Positions 24,296-36,547 of a DNA stretch of 46,426 bases are shown here, in pieces. Origin of the DNA: Perkinsus chesapeaki ATCC PRA-425. Lineage: Eukaryota > Protista > Perkinsozoa. The stretch spans positions 1 through 46,426 of the forward strand of contig JAAPAO010000254.1 in assembly GCA_013115145.1 (NCBI GenBank), in the 5' to 3' direction. The first letter of the stretch is position 1. Each line of letters opens with the position of its first letter. The translations under genes were made by a program, and so were the position numbers. The notes beneath the pieces are model-generated. The model worked only from the letters and a program-made list of their open reading frames with translations, did no database searches and had not been told where the DNA came from.

Positions 24296-26017
24296 ATGAA
24301 AAGCCCACTGTAATTTCGTGGCGCGTGACGTTTATGTAACGGTGGTGTTAGGTTCTCTGAGATACCATTGCCTGGAGGGATTTATTATGATAAAGAGAAA
24401 GGAGAATATCGGAACAAGTTCACCAACGAGAAGGTAAATTTTCGAACTCGAGAAATTAGCTAAATTGCGGCAGCTGTTGGCAACAGCCTGTTGTCATTGT
24501 AAACAGCGCCACAATTTGTCTAATTTTCAGGCTGTTTTCGATTCCCTTTTGTCTCTTTTAACGAAGTCGCCACATAACTTCTTCGAAAGATATCAAAGGT
24601 TGATCACAACTCAACCCAAACTGTTGGCGTACTTCGCAGATTTGGCGGCAAATGGCGATCCCGAGGTGACTTTGAGAAAATAATCTCGATTACGTCCCCA
24701 ATAGGTACAAGCGTTCGTTCAAGGAGCGTCACGCGCCACGAAATGCTATAAGATTGACGGTCAGCCGGCTGACGTCACCAAGAACTGTAAAGTTGTTGGG
24801 CATCGGAGAGTTTTATGGATTCAACGAGAGGAAGGGAAATCCAATGGATACTTTTCCGAAGCACAAATGCGACGGCGTGACGCGGGCTTGTGGCACTCTT
24901 TAGTGGGAAAATATGAAAAGGGAGGCGGAGCGAAGCAGCAGCAGTTGATCGATGCTGTTAATGATGATGAATATGATAAAGCTGATGAGAATGGAAAAAG
25001 GGAGATTAGGAAAGCTTATATTGTTGGTAGGTGGGAATGGCCATCGTGACACATGGCATCCACTGTCCACTTTAATGATTATTGTTAATTGTTTCATTTT
25101 GGGCATATGTCCTTGGTGAGAGTTATCTCACCAAACGCCACAGTGCCGTGGTTGAATGACCATACGATCCGATGATGATGATCCAACTTTTGAGCAACAC
25201 AACCAGGACGGCAGATCCTCGCGGGAATAAAACGATTATCTCGTGCGGACAGTAGTTACCGAATATAATGATCATGCCTTCCGGTAACCACCACCACGAC
25301 CACGGTGATGATATCTGCTAACCATTGGCCGTATTGTCGTCGGACTTCACTATTGTTGTTGTTCGATTCACATTGCTTTACAACTCATCTCGCTGAGCTA
25401 AGGACGGGGGGCTAGCTGAAATGTAATGACTTTCTTTCGAAGTGTCGTTCACGATTTGGAGTATCTCGAGGTTGAGCGTGCGAGATACACTTAATGTCAG
25501 ATCAAATGGAAGCACATCTTCATGATGGAAGTGCACCACACTATAATCCTAGACTCGAGCCTCTCAGTGATGAGTTCATTACCGAGGCGATCGACTTGGC
25601 CGATTTCGACGCTGAGGCTGCAGACTGTCGAGAGGAGCGAGTCCAAGCGCTCAGAAAGACTATGGAGGTGAGAATGAAGTTTGTTGGATAACTCTACGGT
25701 CTTATACGGGATGAAATAAATTTACAAAAAATGATACTTCCCATATCTCATTGGTCCGATAGAAAGTATAGAGGTATACGTCAAAACTGGGGGCAAGAGT
25801 TGATCTCTTCTTTCGATATATTTTATTAATTTTCAGGCGCGCTTCCTCGATGGTCGAGATGGCCGATTTATCGATTACACCGAAATTGATGATGATGAGG
25901 AACTGGAAGCTTTCATCAGTCGAGAAGCGGAATTGGTAACCTTGGTCAATTTCGTGGCGAGTGAATGTTTATCTATTACAGGATATCCAAGAGAAGTATT
26001 TTGACGAATCTGAATAA
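24296..26017 (+). CDS. CCDC97: CCDC97 (DUF2052)-like protein, multi-exon
   Basis: Spliced motifs FFERYQRLI, GYFSEAQMRRRDAGLWHSLVGKY, EERVQALRKTME|ARFLDGRDGRFIDYTEIDDD and DIQEKYFDESE-stop. Confidence 0.8.
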
Positions 26018-26160
26018 ACGTCACGCGCCACGAAAATCGTGTTAACATTTGCGAAGTTGATATACTTGTTACTCTACGTACTGTCTCAACCGCATAATGC
26101 CGAGTTGACCTAAAGATTTTTAATTTTGTGGCGCAGTGACTTTTTACCATCATTGCTGCC

Positions 26161-27054
26161 ATGACTTCTTCACCATTGAGCAATACCTCCCCCAGAATTC
26201 GTACATCCTTCAGTCGGTTAGATTTTGAGGTGTTTGGTAAAGTTCAAGGAGTATTCTTCCGACGGGATGCAGCAAGAGAGGCTGAAAGGCTTGGTCTGCA
26301 TGGATGGTAGGTTACGTACAATGCTTCTAATCGTTTCCTATATCGTCGATTCATCACTCGAACAACAGGGGAAGAGGATGGGTGAGCACCGTCAGTTTTT
26401 ACACTGGCGACGGTGCTCATAAACGATCGGGGGAAATAGCTGTTCTATTGCCTCCTTCGTTTTTTGCTTTAATTTCAATGGAGGTACGAAATGAGCTCGC
26501 GCATGGACGTACAATGGGGAGGCGGTAAACCGCGTTGACCGCCTATAAATATTGCTCAATTTTGGTGAAGTTGATATTCATGTAATTGTTCTTCATATCA
26601 TTTTAATACTTGTTATTTCATTAGGTGTATGAACACACCGAGAGGGACAGTGGAAGGATGCATTGAAGGACCGGCAAAAATAGTCGATGAAATGGTCTAC
26701 TGGCTCGGCAATGTTGGGAGCAAAAGAGTGAGGCATCCATTCGCTATATAACTCACCACGTAGACTGTTATTTGGGAATCCCGAGTGCTGTTTAATTTGC
26801 TTTACAGAAGCAGGAAAGGGAATTTTTTCTTCATTTGTTGAATGAAACTTCGTGCTCGTTTTCTCCCTTTCGATTGGTTCCTTCATAAATATAATTATCG
26901 CAAGCTACGTACGTTGTTTGTTTCAGGCCCGAATAGATAGATTGGAAGTGAAGGACAGAAATGAGATATCCGTTGACGATCGTCAGTTCACTTCATTTGT
27001 GGTAAGGCCTCCTATCATTTAATTATAATTCCCTTCATTTAGGTGCGCCAATAA
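26161..27054 (+). CDS. ACYP: Acylphosphatase
   Basis: [29 protein letters not shown]|[16 protein letters not shown]...WLGNVGSKR|ARIDRLEV...FTSFV|VRQ-stop, including the VQGVxFR signature and the catalytic-site Asn. Confidence 0.92.
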
Positions 27055-27199
27055 TTGCACCGCCGATTGAAATCAACAATTATAATATGATTTTCTCACA
27101 TTTGTTTATTGCGTTTGAAGTCACCAACAAACAGAATTATTGGGGCAAGCGGTAGAGGATGAAACGATCGCAAACCAAAAGTCGATTAAGATTTCACAG

Positions 27200-29370
27200 G
27201 AACACGGCCGCCATCACCCCAACCGTCGTCTCCCTCTTTCCACAATAAATAAGTGTTATCTGCAGTCCTTTGAAGGAAAGTGTACGCTGACAGATGGCTG
27301 ATGGCCTATCACTATAATACCGATATCCTTTGCTAACTTATCATCAAGTAAAGTGCGACGAATTCAACAGTCTGAGCTCGCGCCTGCTAATAAACTACTA
27401 GTATTGTCTTACGTAAAACTCGGTATTGTTATGAGTAGTAATACTATACAACAAAATACAAAATAATTGATATGAATGAAAGCATAATCATGCAAACGAC
27501 CTGCCAACGCATGGATTCGTGAACCCTTTCAGTTCCGGATCGTTCAAGACTTTCTTTACCCCAACAACAGCTGCGAATATAGCGCTTGTTACCACGACCA
27601 CCAAAAGGAGAAGAATCAGCCCAGATTGGCGACCTTAATGAGATACTGGCAAATCTGTAGAGATGCGCGGCTTACCATGTCTTTCGACAGCCTTTGTGAT
27701 ATAAAGTGTTCCAAAAAGTGCTCCAAGAAAGGCTAGGATTCCATAAAGCAGAGTTTGGTTACCAACGAGGTGACCTGAATTGGAGAAGACTCCCCTGAAT
27801 TGCTCGATGTCATTCAATTCCGAACTGCACCGCCGTTGGGATGAACAACATAATGGATGCGAATCTACGACGAGCTCTTCAGACTATCAATACTTGAGAC
27901 TCAATTTCGCTAATTTGTCGAGAAATAAGAGCCCACTGTATCACACCAATAACGAGCTTGCACAAAACAATATTCTCACCCTCCATTGCCAGTTGCCCCG
28001 CAGCTATACTGCTGGTCATAAGCACTGCTATGGCTGATGTCGCTGTTGCCACCGTTGGCTTCTTACCAAGGCTCAACAACAAAGGACCGAATATCATACC
28101 ACCACCGATGCCGATAACAGCACTAGCCATGCCACCAAATAGACTTAATAAAGAATAGGCCATTATAGAAGGTCGATGATGAGGACGATGAGGGTGCTCA
28201 GGAGTTGACACTTCACTTGGAGCAGAGGAGACACGAGTGCCTTGTCTGAAGAAGTTTCGGACTAATGTATAAAAAAAACTTTAAGATTTCGTAATAGCTT
28301 AAATCGATTCATAATAATTAAAAGTGAATATTGAGTACTCCAGTGAGCTATATTATGTCAAGTTACCGTTTACTTTTCTTCTTACATGAATGATATTATC
28401 ATTAATATTCCAACTGCTGCGGCCATCACCATCCAATAGGTCGAAGAGCAGATCTCGAGACCTGCCGTCGCTACCAATTCGATATTTTTAGGTCTTACCG
28501 ATGACTGAGGGAGTCCTATGGCCTCCGAGAATGAGCGTGATTAGCCACACCATCGCCCAGGAAGCCACCAACTCTCCTCCAGTGGCAAAGGAGCTTCGCT
28601 CCGCCTGCACGACTAATTTATTCAATGAATTGTTCTCTGTTAGTAGCGGTCTGTTCATCGAGTTACGATATTCTTTTCTCCTGCCAAAGGTTGTGGGTTC
28701 GAATCCATGGCGGGCATTTTACCTTGCTTTTTGGAACCTCCCAAAAGCTGAATAGGCAACCCATAGAAGAACGAAGACTGTTAATAAAAGAATGAACCAA
28801 TCTGGGCAGGACTTGCTGATCATCACACCTGACATGGGTTGAGGTGAAGAGTAATACTACTCGGTGGAGTGGAGTACTTTATAATAAAGATGGGGATAGC
28901 TGGAAGAGGAGAGGCTTTGTTAATACTGGGTTGTCAATTAAGAGGGAGTTCGAGGAGAAGAATAGTTAAGTCCAGAAATTAAAACCAAATCTATTTAATT
29001 AATTCAATATCGGTTTTATGATTGAAATGTGATGAATCCCAGCAAAGACACTTCTCGAATTTGGCAATGGAATCTTTTATCATTCTCTCACCGATTATCG
29101 TTCCAGCATTAGCCGCCGGCACCATGACAAGGCACGCTCCATAATCAACCAACCCAGACCTGACAAAAGGACCGCCGCTGCGCCACAAAACTAATACGAT
29201 CATTGCAACCTGATATTAACCATAGCTGCCGCCACTGCAGCGAAGGTTACGAGAGTGACCGAAAGTGCCGCACTTTGATGAGCACCGAGTGGAGCCGTAA
29301 GACCGAAAATGCCACTGTTAATAAGGGGAACGAATACCCCTCCACCGCCGATACCTAAAAGAGAGTATGA
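27200..29370 (-). CDS. Sulfite exporter TauE/SafE family membrane protein, multi-exon (ends approximate)
   Basis: Two GIGGG motifs (GIGGGGVFVPLI; SAVIGIGGGMIFGPLLLSLGKKPTVATATSA), plus LVDYGACLVMVPAANAGTIIG, CPDWFILLL and many transmembrane segments. Confidence 0.85.
28681..28722 (-). other. 42-nt intron that is entirely the antisense of a tRNA-like 3' end plus TTTT
   Basis: Plus strand CTGCCAAAGGTTGTGGGTTCGAATCCATGGCGGGCATTTTAC; minus strand GTAAAATG...TTTGGCAG. Unspliced it gives an in-frame TAA; spliced it gives FQKA|RRKEY. Confidence 0.9.
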
Positions 29371-30666
29371 CCAGGCAGCAGCTTTTACTAAAAGTTAGAT
29401 GACTCTCCCGAAGAAGCGTCGTAATCCACCCGGCAGCGGCCTACTGAGGTACCCGCTCTGCCCGAAAAAGTCGGGACGGCCCGTGAGAGCGCCTGGCGCT
29501 GCCCGGGCGATGCCTGCCGCCTCCTCTAGTCAATTGTGTTGTTACTAATCCTTCAGCCTCACCGTATTACCGAGTAACTGTTACTCTAGTAAGCTATAGT
29601 AGTCTAGAAGCTGCCCGAGCAGGGCACTGTTAGTACTGTGGCAAAAGTTTGGCCTCGTACCGCGACAATTATATACATTTAATAGCGTGTGTCATTCCCG
29701 CTATAATGTTCCCATCGTAGAGACTCTGCGGCAGAAACTTTCTCGCCAGGATTTTTTGTAGGCTGAGGGCGGGAAGGCCCAGCCAGCGGCATGCCGGGCA
29801 GCCATGTGCGCTCGAAAGGAATACGACGCTTTCTAAAAGCCTTTTAGAAGCCTTGAAGCCTTCCTTAATCGATAGACGCCATGATAGTGTTGTATGATAA
29901 AATGGAGCATTATATGAATCGCTTTGAAGAGGAGATGTTGTGATTAGCTACGCTGAATGGTTCATTCCGCGGCGCCACGGAGGCCTAGTTTCCGCAACGG
30001 AACACATCCCCTCTGACCTCGACCTTACCTGCCGATATGCACAAAGCGCTGATGGAGGCGAAGATGAGTCCAATGATAGCTTCTTTCAAGGGGGAATCCT
30101 TGGCAACTACAAAACAGTCTTTAACCTATTTGAGAATGTTTAAATAGCTCCGTTGAAGTATTATCAATAAATTAAAGACTTAGTCTACAACTAGTCTTAA
30201 ACTTGTCGGACTGTTTAATCATCTGCGTAAGTTCATCACCACTCTTTATATCAACATTATCAATTGGAGGCAGTGGAGGTTGCTATATCAGCATACTTTT
30301 TGCAATTGGCCATTTGTACACGTAGTTGTATTAAACAGGAGTTGGTCGGCGGCGGCGGTGTTGGGAGTATATTGTCCTACTTTCTATTTCTTCTGTATCA
30401 TCGTTGATGACAGCAGCTGCCGCTGCTAAGCTGATGGTTAGGACAATAAGAATACGATACTTCATATTAGGATACCACTACGAATGGTGACATCTAATTT
30501 CGCGGCGCTGCGGTCAGTTAATAACCATAGCGCATATGTAACGTAGCAGTATACAATTTTAGTGGACTTCCTCAAACCTTCACCGCGCCACAAAAGTAAC
30601 CAACTCGAATCTTACCAACATGTGAAACTGTAATTTTACGTCAGCACTGAATTCTAGACGTTTTAT

Positions 30667-33200
30667 TTATCCAAGGCCAATCTTACGGAACTTCGCTCCG
30701 CCGTTGCCATTGCTCATTTTTCCTGGATGTTTCCCAACCACCCTTCGGGAACATATCTTTTCCTCAATCCACTCGACCAATCGTTTCTTCCGTTTTTCTA
30801 TCAAACTCTCCCAATCGCCTTCAAGAGGCAGCAAACAGGAATACTTCTCCACCATCCACCGCGATACTTTTCGGACTTCCTCATCGAAATGTTTCGAAGG
30901 CCAAGACACGAGTCTTCGATCCTTGCAAATATGCGCCACGAAATTCACTACCGCAGAATCGATCGATACATCTGCCCGACTCGACGACGACGATGTGGAT
31001 TGCTCGGGAGGCCGCTTCTCCTGGTAATTTTGTGGCGCGTGACGTTGCTTATCCCTAGGTGGCGCTCCCAAATAGCTGAGTCCCTTGAGGGGCTGCCTAA
31101 TATTTTTCTGATAAACTGTTTGTGCTCCTAATAACTTAGATAACGAAAATCTCCCGGGTGCGCTCGCCACATTGGTATCCTTTTTCGGCATATCTTCACG
31201 CTTCAACCTCAGCTCGAAGTCTGCAGCCTGCCTAAGCGTATCCTTCAAGCCTTCATTTTCAGAATCGCTCGAAGACTTCATCGGTCTCCACTGCACACTT
31301 TGCTTCACCCTCTTCATTCGCCGACCCCGTCTGCCCACCGTACGTGCCTTTCGCTTAGAGACTGCCCCGATCAACAAGTCTGGCTCTGCCTCCTCCGTCC
31401 GGCCGATTTCAACATCAACTCCTGCAGTTTTCAACTTGGCAGCTGCCGGCATTTTCCCTCCACTCGATAGCCTTGTCATCCTCAATGCTCGAAAACTCAA
31501 CGGCACCGAATGGACCGAGGGCCACAATGAAGGGCCCAATTTCATCAGTAATGAGGAAACCTCCCCAACTTCCATAGGGTTCAAATTTGTCCCCGAAATA
31601 TCAAGTTCGCTCAAAAACCAAGCCAATTTGGGCTGCTTCGCTCCGCTGATCTTTTCAATTTTTTTACCATAACTGATTTGAGCCGCCTTCAAAGACCTCA
31701 TTATTTTACACACGCTTTTTGCAGTCACAATCGTATTGTCTACAAAACTCACCTTGAGCAGGCCTCGTCCGTTTTCTAATACCACACTTTTCTCAACTTG
31801 CATATCTTTCCAGGATAACATTGCCGTCACAACGCCCTTTTTAACCTCCCTCACCAACCCACTTTCATCTCCATTGTGCCCCTCGACCACGCTGTCGGTG
31901 ATAGCTATCTTGATGGTGACCTCTGAAGGGTTTCCTGGCGCAGTGACGCTGATATAAGTCGGCAACACAGTCTTGGGCTTCGGCTTTTCCACAAGAGCGA
32001 CTTCTTTCTCATCCTCATCGCTGCTACTCGTACCAAGTTCAATGATATCTTTGGGTTGACCCGCGCAAGATTCATCCAAGGTCTCTTCAGGTACACTACA
32101 AGAGCTCGGTGAAGTCTCCGGTGAAATGATATCCTCTTCATTTGATGAAGTCGGCGAAGGAAGCAGATGACTGTGTCGCGGACAGAATACCTGCCATCAC
32201 CAAGAATCGAACCCGCGACCTCTTCGGTTCCCCTTTCACATTGCTAAAACGTTTGCCGCAGCCGACTGCCCAGTCTACTTCACTACGATTCAACCATTCA
32301 ATCGTTTCGTTGGGCCACTCGATGGAAGCCATCAGATAAAACATCAACGAACAATCTAAAGGCTGTTCACTTCACGGCGAATGTACGTTCTTAACTAAGG
32401 CGCGATTGTCATGTCAACACTACGACAAGAAACATACCACCTCGCCGCCGACCCCTCAGAATCTTTCAGCGACGACGAAACTATCGGATGTTCAATCTCG
32501 GTGGAGCGCGGAAATAAATCATTTTCAGTGTCATCAGGAAATTCCTACTATCGACTTACCTCCCCATCAGGCACGCAGTCGTATCCGGCGCAGAAGGGAT
32601 GGAATGGCGCGTCACAGGTCTTCACATTCGATCCACTTTTCCCCTTCCTCTTTTTTGCAGGTAACTCCGGTGCGTCACACAACAGCATTGTCCCTCTCTG
32701 GTCTGCTGGTGCTGCTTGTATTATCGTATTACCACATATTGCACAACGGTAAGTATCCAAAGACTCTTCAGATGAAGAAGAAGAAGACATGCTGAAAAAA
32801 TCGAAACGTAGAACACTCAAACGAACTGAGCTGGGTAGATCTATGGTAAAAATCTCATTTCTTTGAGGGAGCTCGAGAGTGAGTCGGGCTTGGAAACTAC
32901 CGGAGCGATTAAACGGAGAGTAAAGTAGTAGCATAGACTAGAATTGCTAGTGCGACTGATATCCCTCATTCCCATACTACTTATCATCATCATAAAGTGT
33001 ATCAGCCTGTTTAGCTTCCTGCACTTGTATAACTTGTTCTATTATTAATTGCCATTTGCCTATTGATCCATCTCCTCCTCCTCCTCCTTTATTCAGACTA
33101 TATTCAGCAACGTAGTGTATTGTGGCACGACAACTCGGACAGGAATTCTCCCTTTGAATACTCCAGTGCTGACCATCAATAATAAAACCATCGACCAACC
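30667..33200 (-). CDS. RING + PHD finger protein (PHRF1-like architecture), multi-exon; 5' end unresolved
   Basis: RING end WSIQRENSCPSCR; PHD CAICG...LLCD...CDAPFHPFCAGYDCVPDGE|VFCPRH; long 470-aa terminal exon ending in a helical region reminiscent of an SRI domain (inference). Confidence 0.72.
32191..32232 (-). other. tRNA-like 3' half forming the 3' end of the PHD intron (intron 32191-32559)
   Basis: Minus strand GAACCGAAGAGGTCGCGGGTTCGATTCTTGGTGATGGCAG|GTATTCTGT. The terminal A plus the next G form the acceptor AG. Confidence 0.7.
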
Positions 33201-34309
33201 AGATAAACCATTTTTGCTGTTTCTATTCATTACTTATACAATTTATGTAAGACTACTTCAACGAAGATTTGTGTCAAATGCATTTCGCGGCGAGTGACTT
33301 TCGACAAAGGCATGCGTGGTCGGAAAACACAGGGGACAAAAAGGTGCCAACAATGCAATGTAGTTTTACCGTAGAAGTTTTGCGTGTGACATAAAAGATA
33401 CGTTTTGATGCGCTTTGGAGATCGTTACTGCTGCTGACACGGATAGATCCGAAAGACTATCATAAAGTTGATAAATCCACTTATATATCTCATAACCCGA
33501 GACAGCTTGATTCCCAGATCAATGTCCAATACAAGTTGATTAAAATATTATAAAGTTAGTATTGCTACTCATTAGCAACTACCTTATAAGAAGGAAACCC
33601 CGAAAGATGAGGAAACTGAGCTACACTTGTAACAGTTCCACAGAGATTACGGTGACAAATTCTTAAGTATAAGATATTCCCTCCACTATTACCTCCAAAC
33701 ATCCAACATGAAAGGCATGCTCACAGCAATCCATTTTAGCATAACGAGGAGGCCCGTCTATAGATGCCATACCACACTGGTCTTCATTAGAAAATATCTC
33801 GCGGCAAATGGGACACTCGAGCGGGGTGCCATTAGCCGAGGCGAATCCAGCTTCAACGAAGGAAAGCTGAAATGGAAAAATAATGAAAGGTGCTGAATTG
33901 AGCTAGTCAGCTGAGCAGATATAGGCGAGAGAAGAGGAGGGATATGCAATTATATATAGAAATGATTACACAATGGTCGAGATGGGTATTAAGATACCTT
34001 AATTCCTCAAGGTAGGCCTCGAGAGAGAGTGAGAATGCTGAATCAGTAGCCTATATTGAAGCCTGTATTGTGAGGGTCCATAGAATTAGTGTCCAAAGCA
34101 GCCCCTTATGTGGTATTAGCACTCAAATGCTTGAATTGGCAGCTTGCCAAAATACTCACCTTAAAGATATCAAATGAAAAATATCTGATGGAGCTGATAA
34201 CGGCTGTGCATGCATTTCAAATAGTACTTATAATGTTAGTAGAGAGATGAATGATAACCACGTAAAGGTGAGCCCCATGCCAGTACCTCTTGTTTGAAAT
34301 GCCCTTTAC

Positions 34310-35408
34310 TTAATAATCTTGATGAAATCCTCTTTGGTGGCATAGAAGTTTAATGATAATGGCCATTAGACGATGCAATAGACTATGACTTGAATCTCTC
34401 AGACCTCTAGCACCTCTGGCCGTGATATTTAATAACACCTTTTCTACATGGAATCGAATGTATAGCACTACTTCCATAGAACCATCTCTAGTGGCCTTTA
34501 CTAAAATTATTCGGGCAACCTGCTTCACACACTAAAGCGGCCATTGCTTGAATAATAACTTCTCCTTTATAACAATACGAATATGAAATATAAGTTAAAA
34601 TCCCTTAACAAGTATAATTTATTTTCCTTTGATTGTCATGACAACAATCGATAATATGCATCGGAAAATATCGAATAAATCGACCCGATTATATGGGCTT
34701 TGTCAGATAATATCTTTACCTTTATTTCCTGTACCACAAATACAGCCGAGTTAATTGGAAAATATAAACACAACGAACTTGAGATTTCAAGCAAAATGGT
34801 ATTAATCATGTTACATCATAGATGGACTGGAAAGATGGGGATTAGGTTGCCTGCGAAAAGATATGCGAAGCTAACAGATGTTTCTATCTTACTGCCAAAA
34901 ATCCATCTAACCTCGTTATGAGGTCCTCGGAATATGCACATAACTTGACCTGTTTTGTATCTTGCAAGGCTCGACCATGAGATACTTCTTCAATAATCGC
35001 TCCGATCATGTCATCCAAACACTTTTGCAATTCTTGTCCTGCTTCATACAAGGTCATCGGGTCTAGATTTCGACCTTCTGCGCATCTTGTCAAGTTAACC
35101 TCGGGAGAATCTTGTAATTTCACCAAGCTTAAGCAGGATTTCACACTCTTCGTAAAGATTCGTTTGTGTCTGCCATGGGCTAGCTCGAGATGGAAGACTG
35201 CCCAACACCGAACTGTGCGATTCTCGACTGCATTTGCGACGGATGTTCTAACGACCCTGATACTAAATGGTTGGGCGTATCTTCGAGGTTGACCTTGCAA
35301 GATGCAAAATAGGTCAGCTGGTGCGTCATCAGTCATAACCTCATCTGGGGCTATCTTGAATTGTTTTACTGTGGATTGCCTTTGAGAGAATGCAGCACCC
35401 ATTACCAT
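34310..35408 (-). CDS. Multi-exon hypothetical protein; possible N-myristoylation start (MGAAFS)
   Basis: 174-aa ORF followed by a further exon-like ORF (34310-34528) on the same strand. No domain recognised. Confidence 0.5.
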
Positions 35409-36510
35409 AGAGATTTGTTGTTCTTAATTGATCGTTAAGAGTTGAGGAAGAGAGAGAGCACTCAAGAGTTCAAGATCCCCATACGACGAAATTGACAAAT
35501 TGAATTGAGCAAAGTGTTAATGAGCCATAAATAATGGAGTAGAGGTTACTGGATGGTTCCATCCCGAACCTGGATTCCAGATCAAGACCCAGATCGAGCG
35601 GTCGCCGCTCTAAGAGCGAATCTCCTGTAACGGTGCATTGGCGTCTTAGCCGCCTGGGCGCCAAAATGGCAGCTGCTGCCTGGTAAACCCAGTTTCAGAG
35701 ATGCTCAGATCCTCAGATTCTCAGATTCCTATATACTATTATCCGACTACTATATGGAAATTTCTCTGTTACGGGGGCTCAGCATGAGCTACGGCAAATT
35801 TGTTGATTTCATGATGATGAAGTGGCTGTGTTTATGACTACTTAACGTTGTCGTCGACAACCTGTCGATTATTATTCAAGATGATTCACTTTACTGTGTG
35901 GCTTTCTATTGTACCAGTGCTACAGTACCCGTGGCAGGGCGCCTTGTCGTATTTGTTGTGGACGTCTTCGACGTAGTAGTACTAGGAAGCACAGCACCAG
36001 TATTTACTAGAAATGCGAGTCGAATTAGTCGAAACACCGGTAAACTGTTACGGTATACCTGTAGCCGGAGTACTCGTAACCAAACACTTGTAGATTAACT
36101 GTAGGGATACTAGGAGACAGCCGTAGTGTCGCAGATACAGTCAATTCAAGAAAGACTGGAAAAGTATGCTAACAAGATGTTTTCAGTCTCATATCGCACG
36201 CGAATATACGGCTAGCTCATACTAATAGTTCTAGATCATGTAGCATGCAGTTACTTATAGGAATCTTACTGTTTCATTGTCATACAAAATAATTAGCGCA
36301 CGCCCGTGGTGAGGTTCCCACTACAAAACCTAGGCGGCGGAGTGACATAGGATGATATCGCTAATCAATCGACGGTTCAATGAATACATATGATTGTAGT
36401 CAAATCATCAGGCTCGTCTCACACATGAAACTGTCGAAAGATACAAAGTAGTTATAATCTTCTTGCACGTTGCAAAAATGATGGAGCGTGCTAGGTATGT
36501 TTTTGTCCAC

Positions 36511-36547
36511 ACTTGTAACTTACAACTTGTAAGTTACAAGTTGTAAG
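36511..36547. repeat. Overlapping nested palindromes (15-bp and 14-bp arms, 1-nt loops)
   Basis: ACTTGTAACTTACAA-C-TTGTAAGTTACAAGT (36511-36541) and CTTACAACTTGTAA-G-TTACAAGTTGTAAG (36519-36547). Confidence 0.9.
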
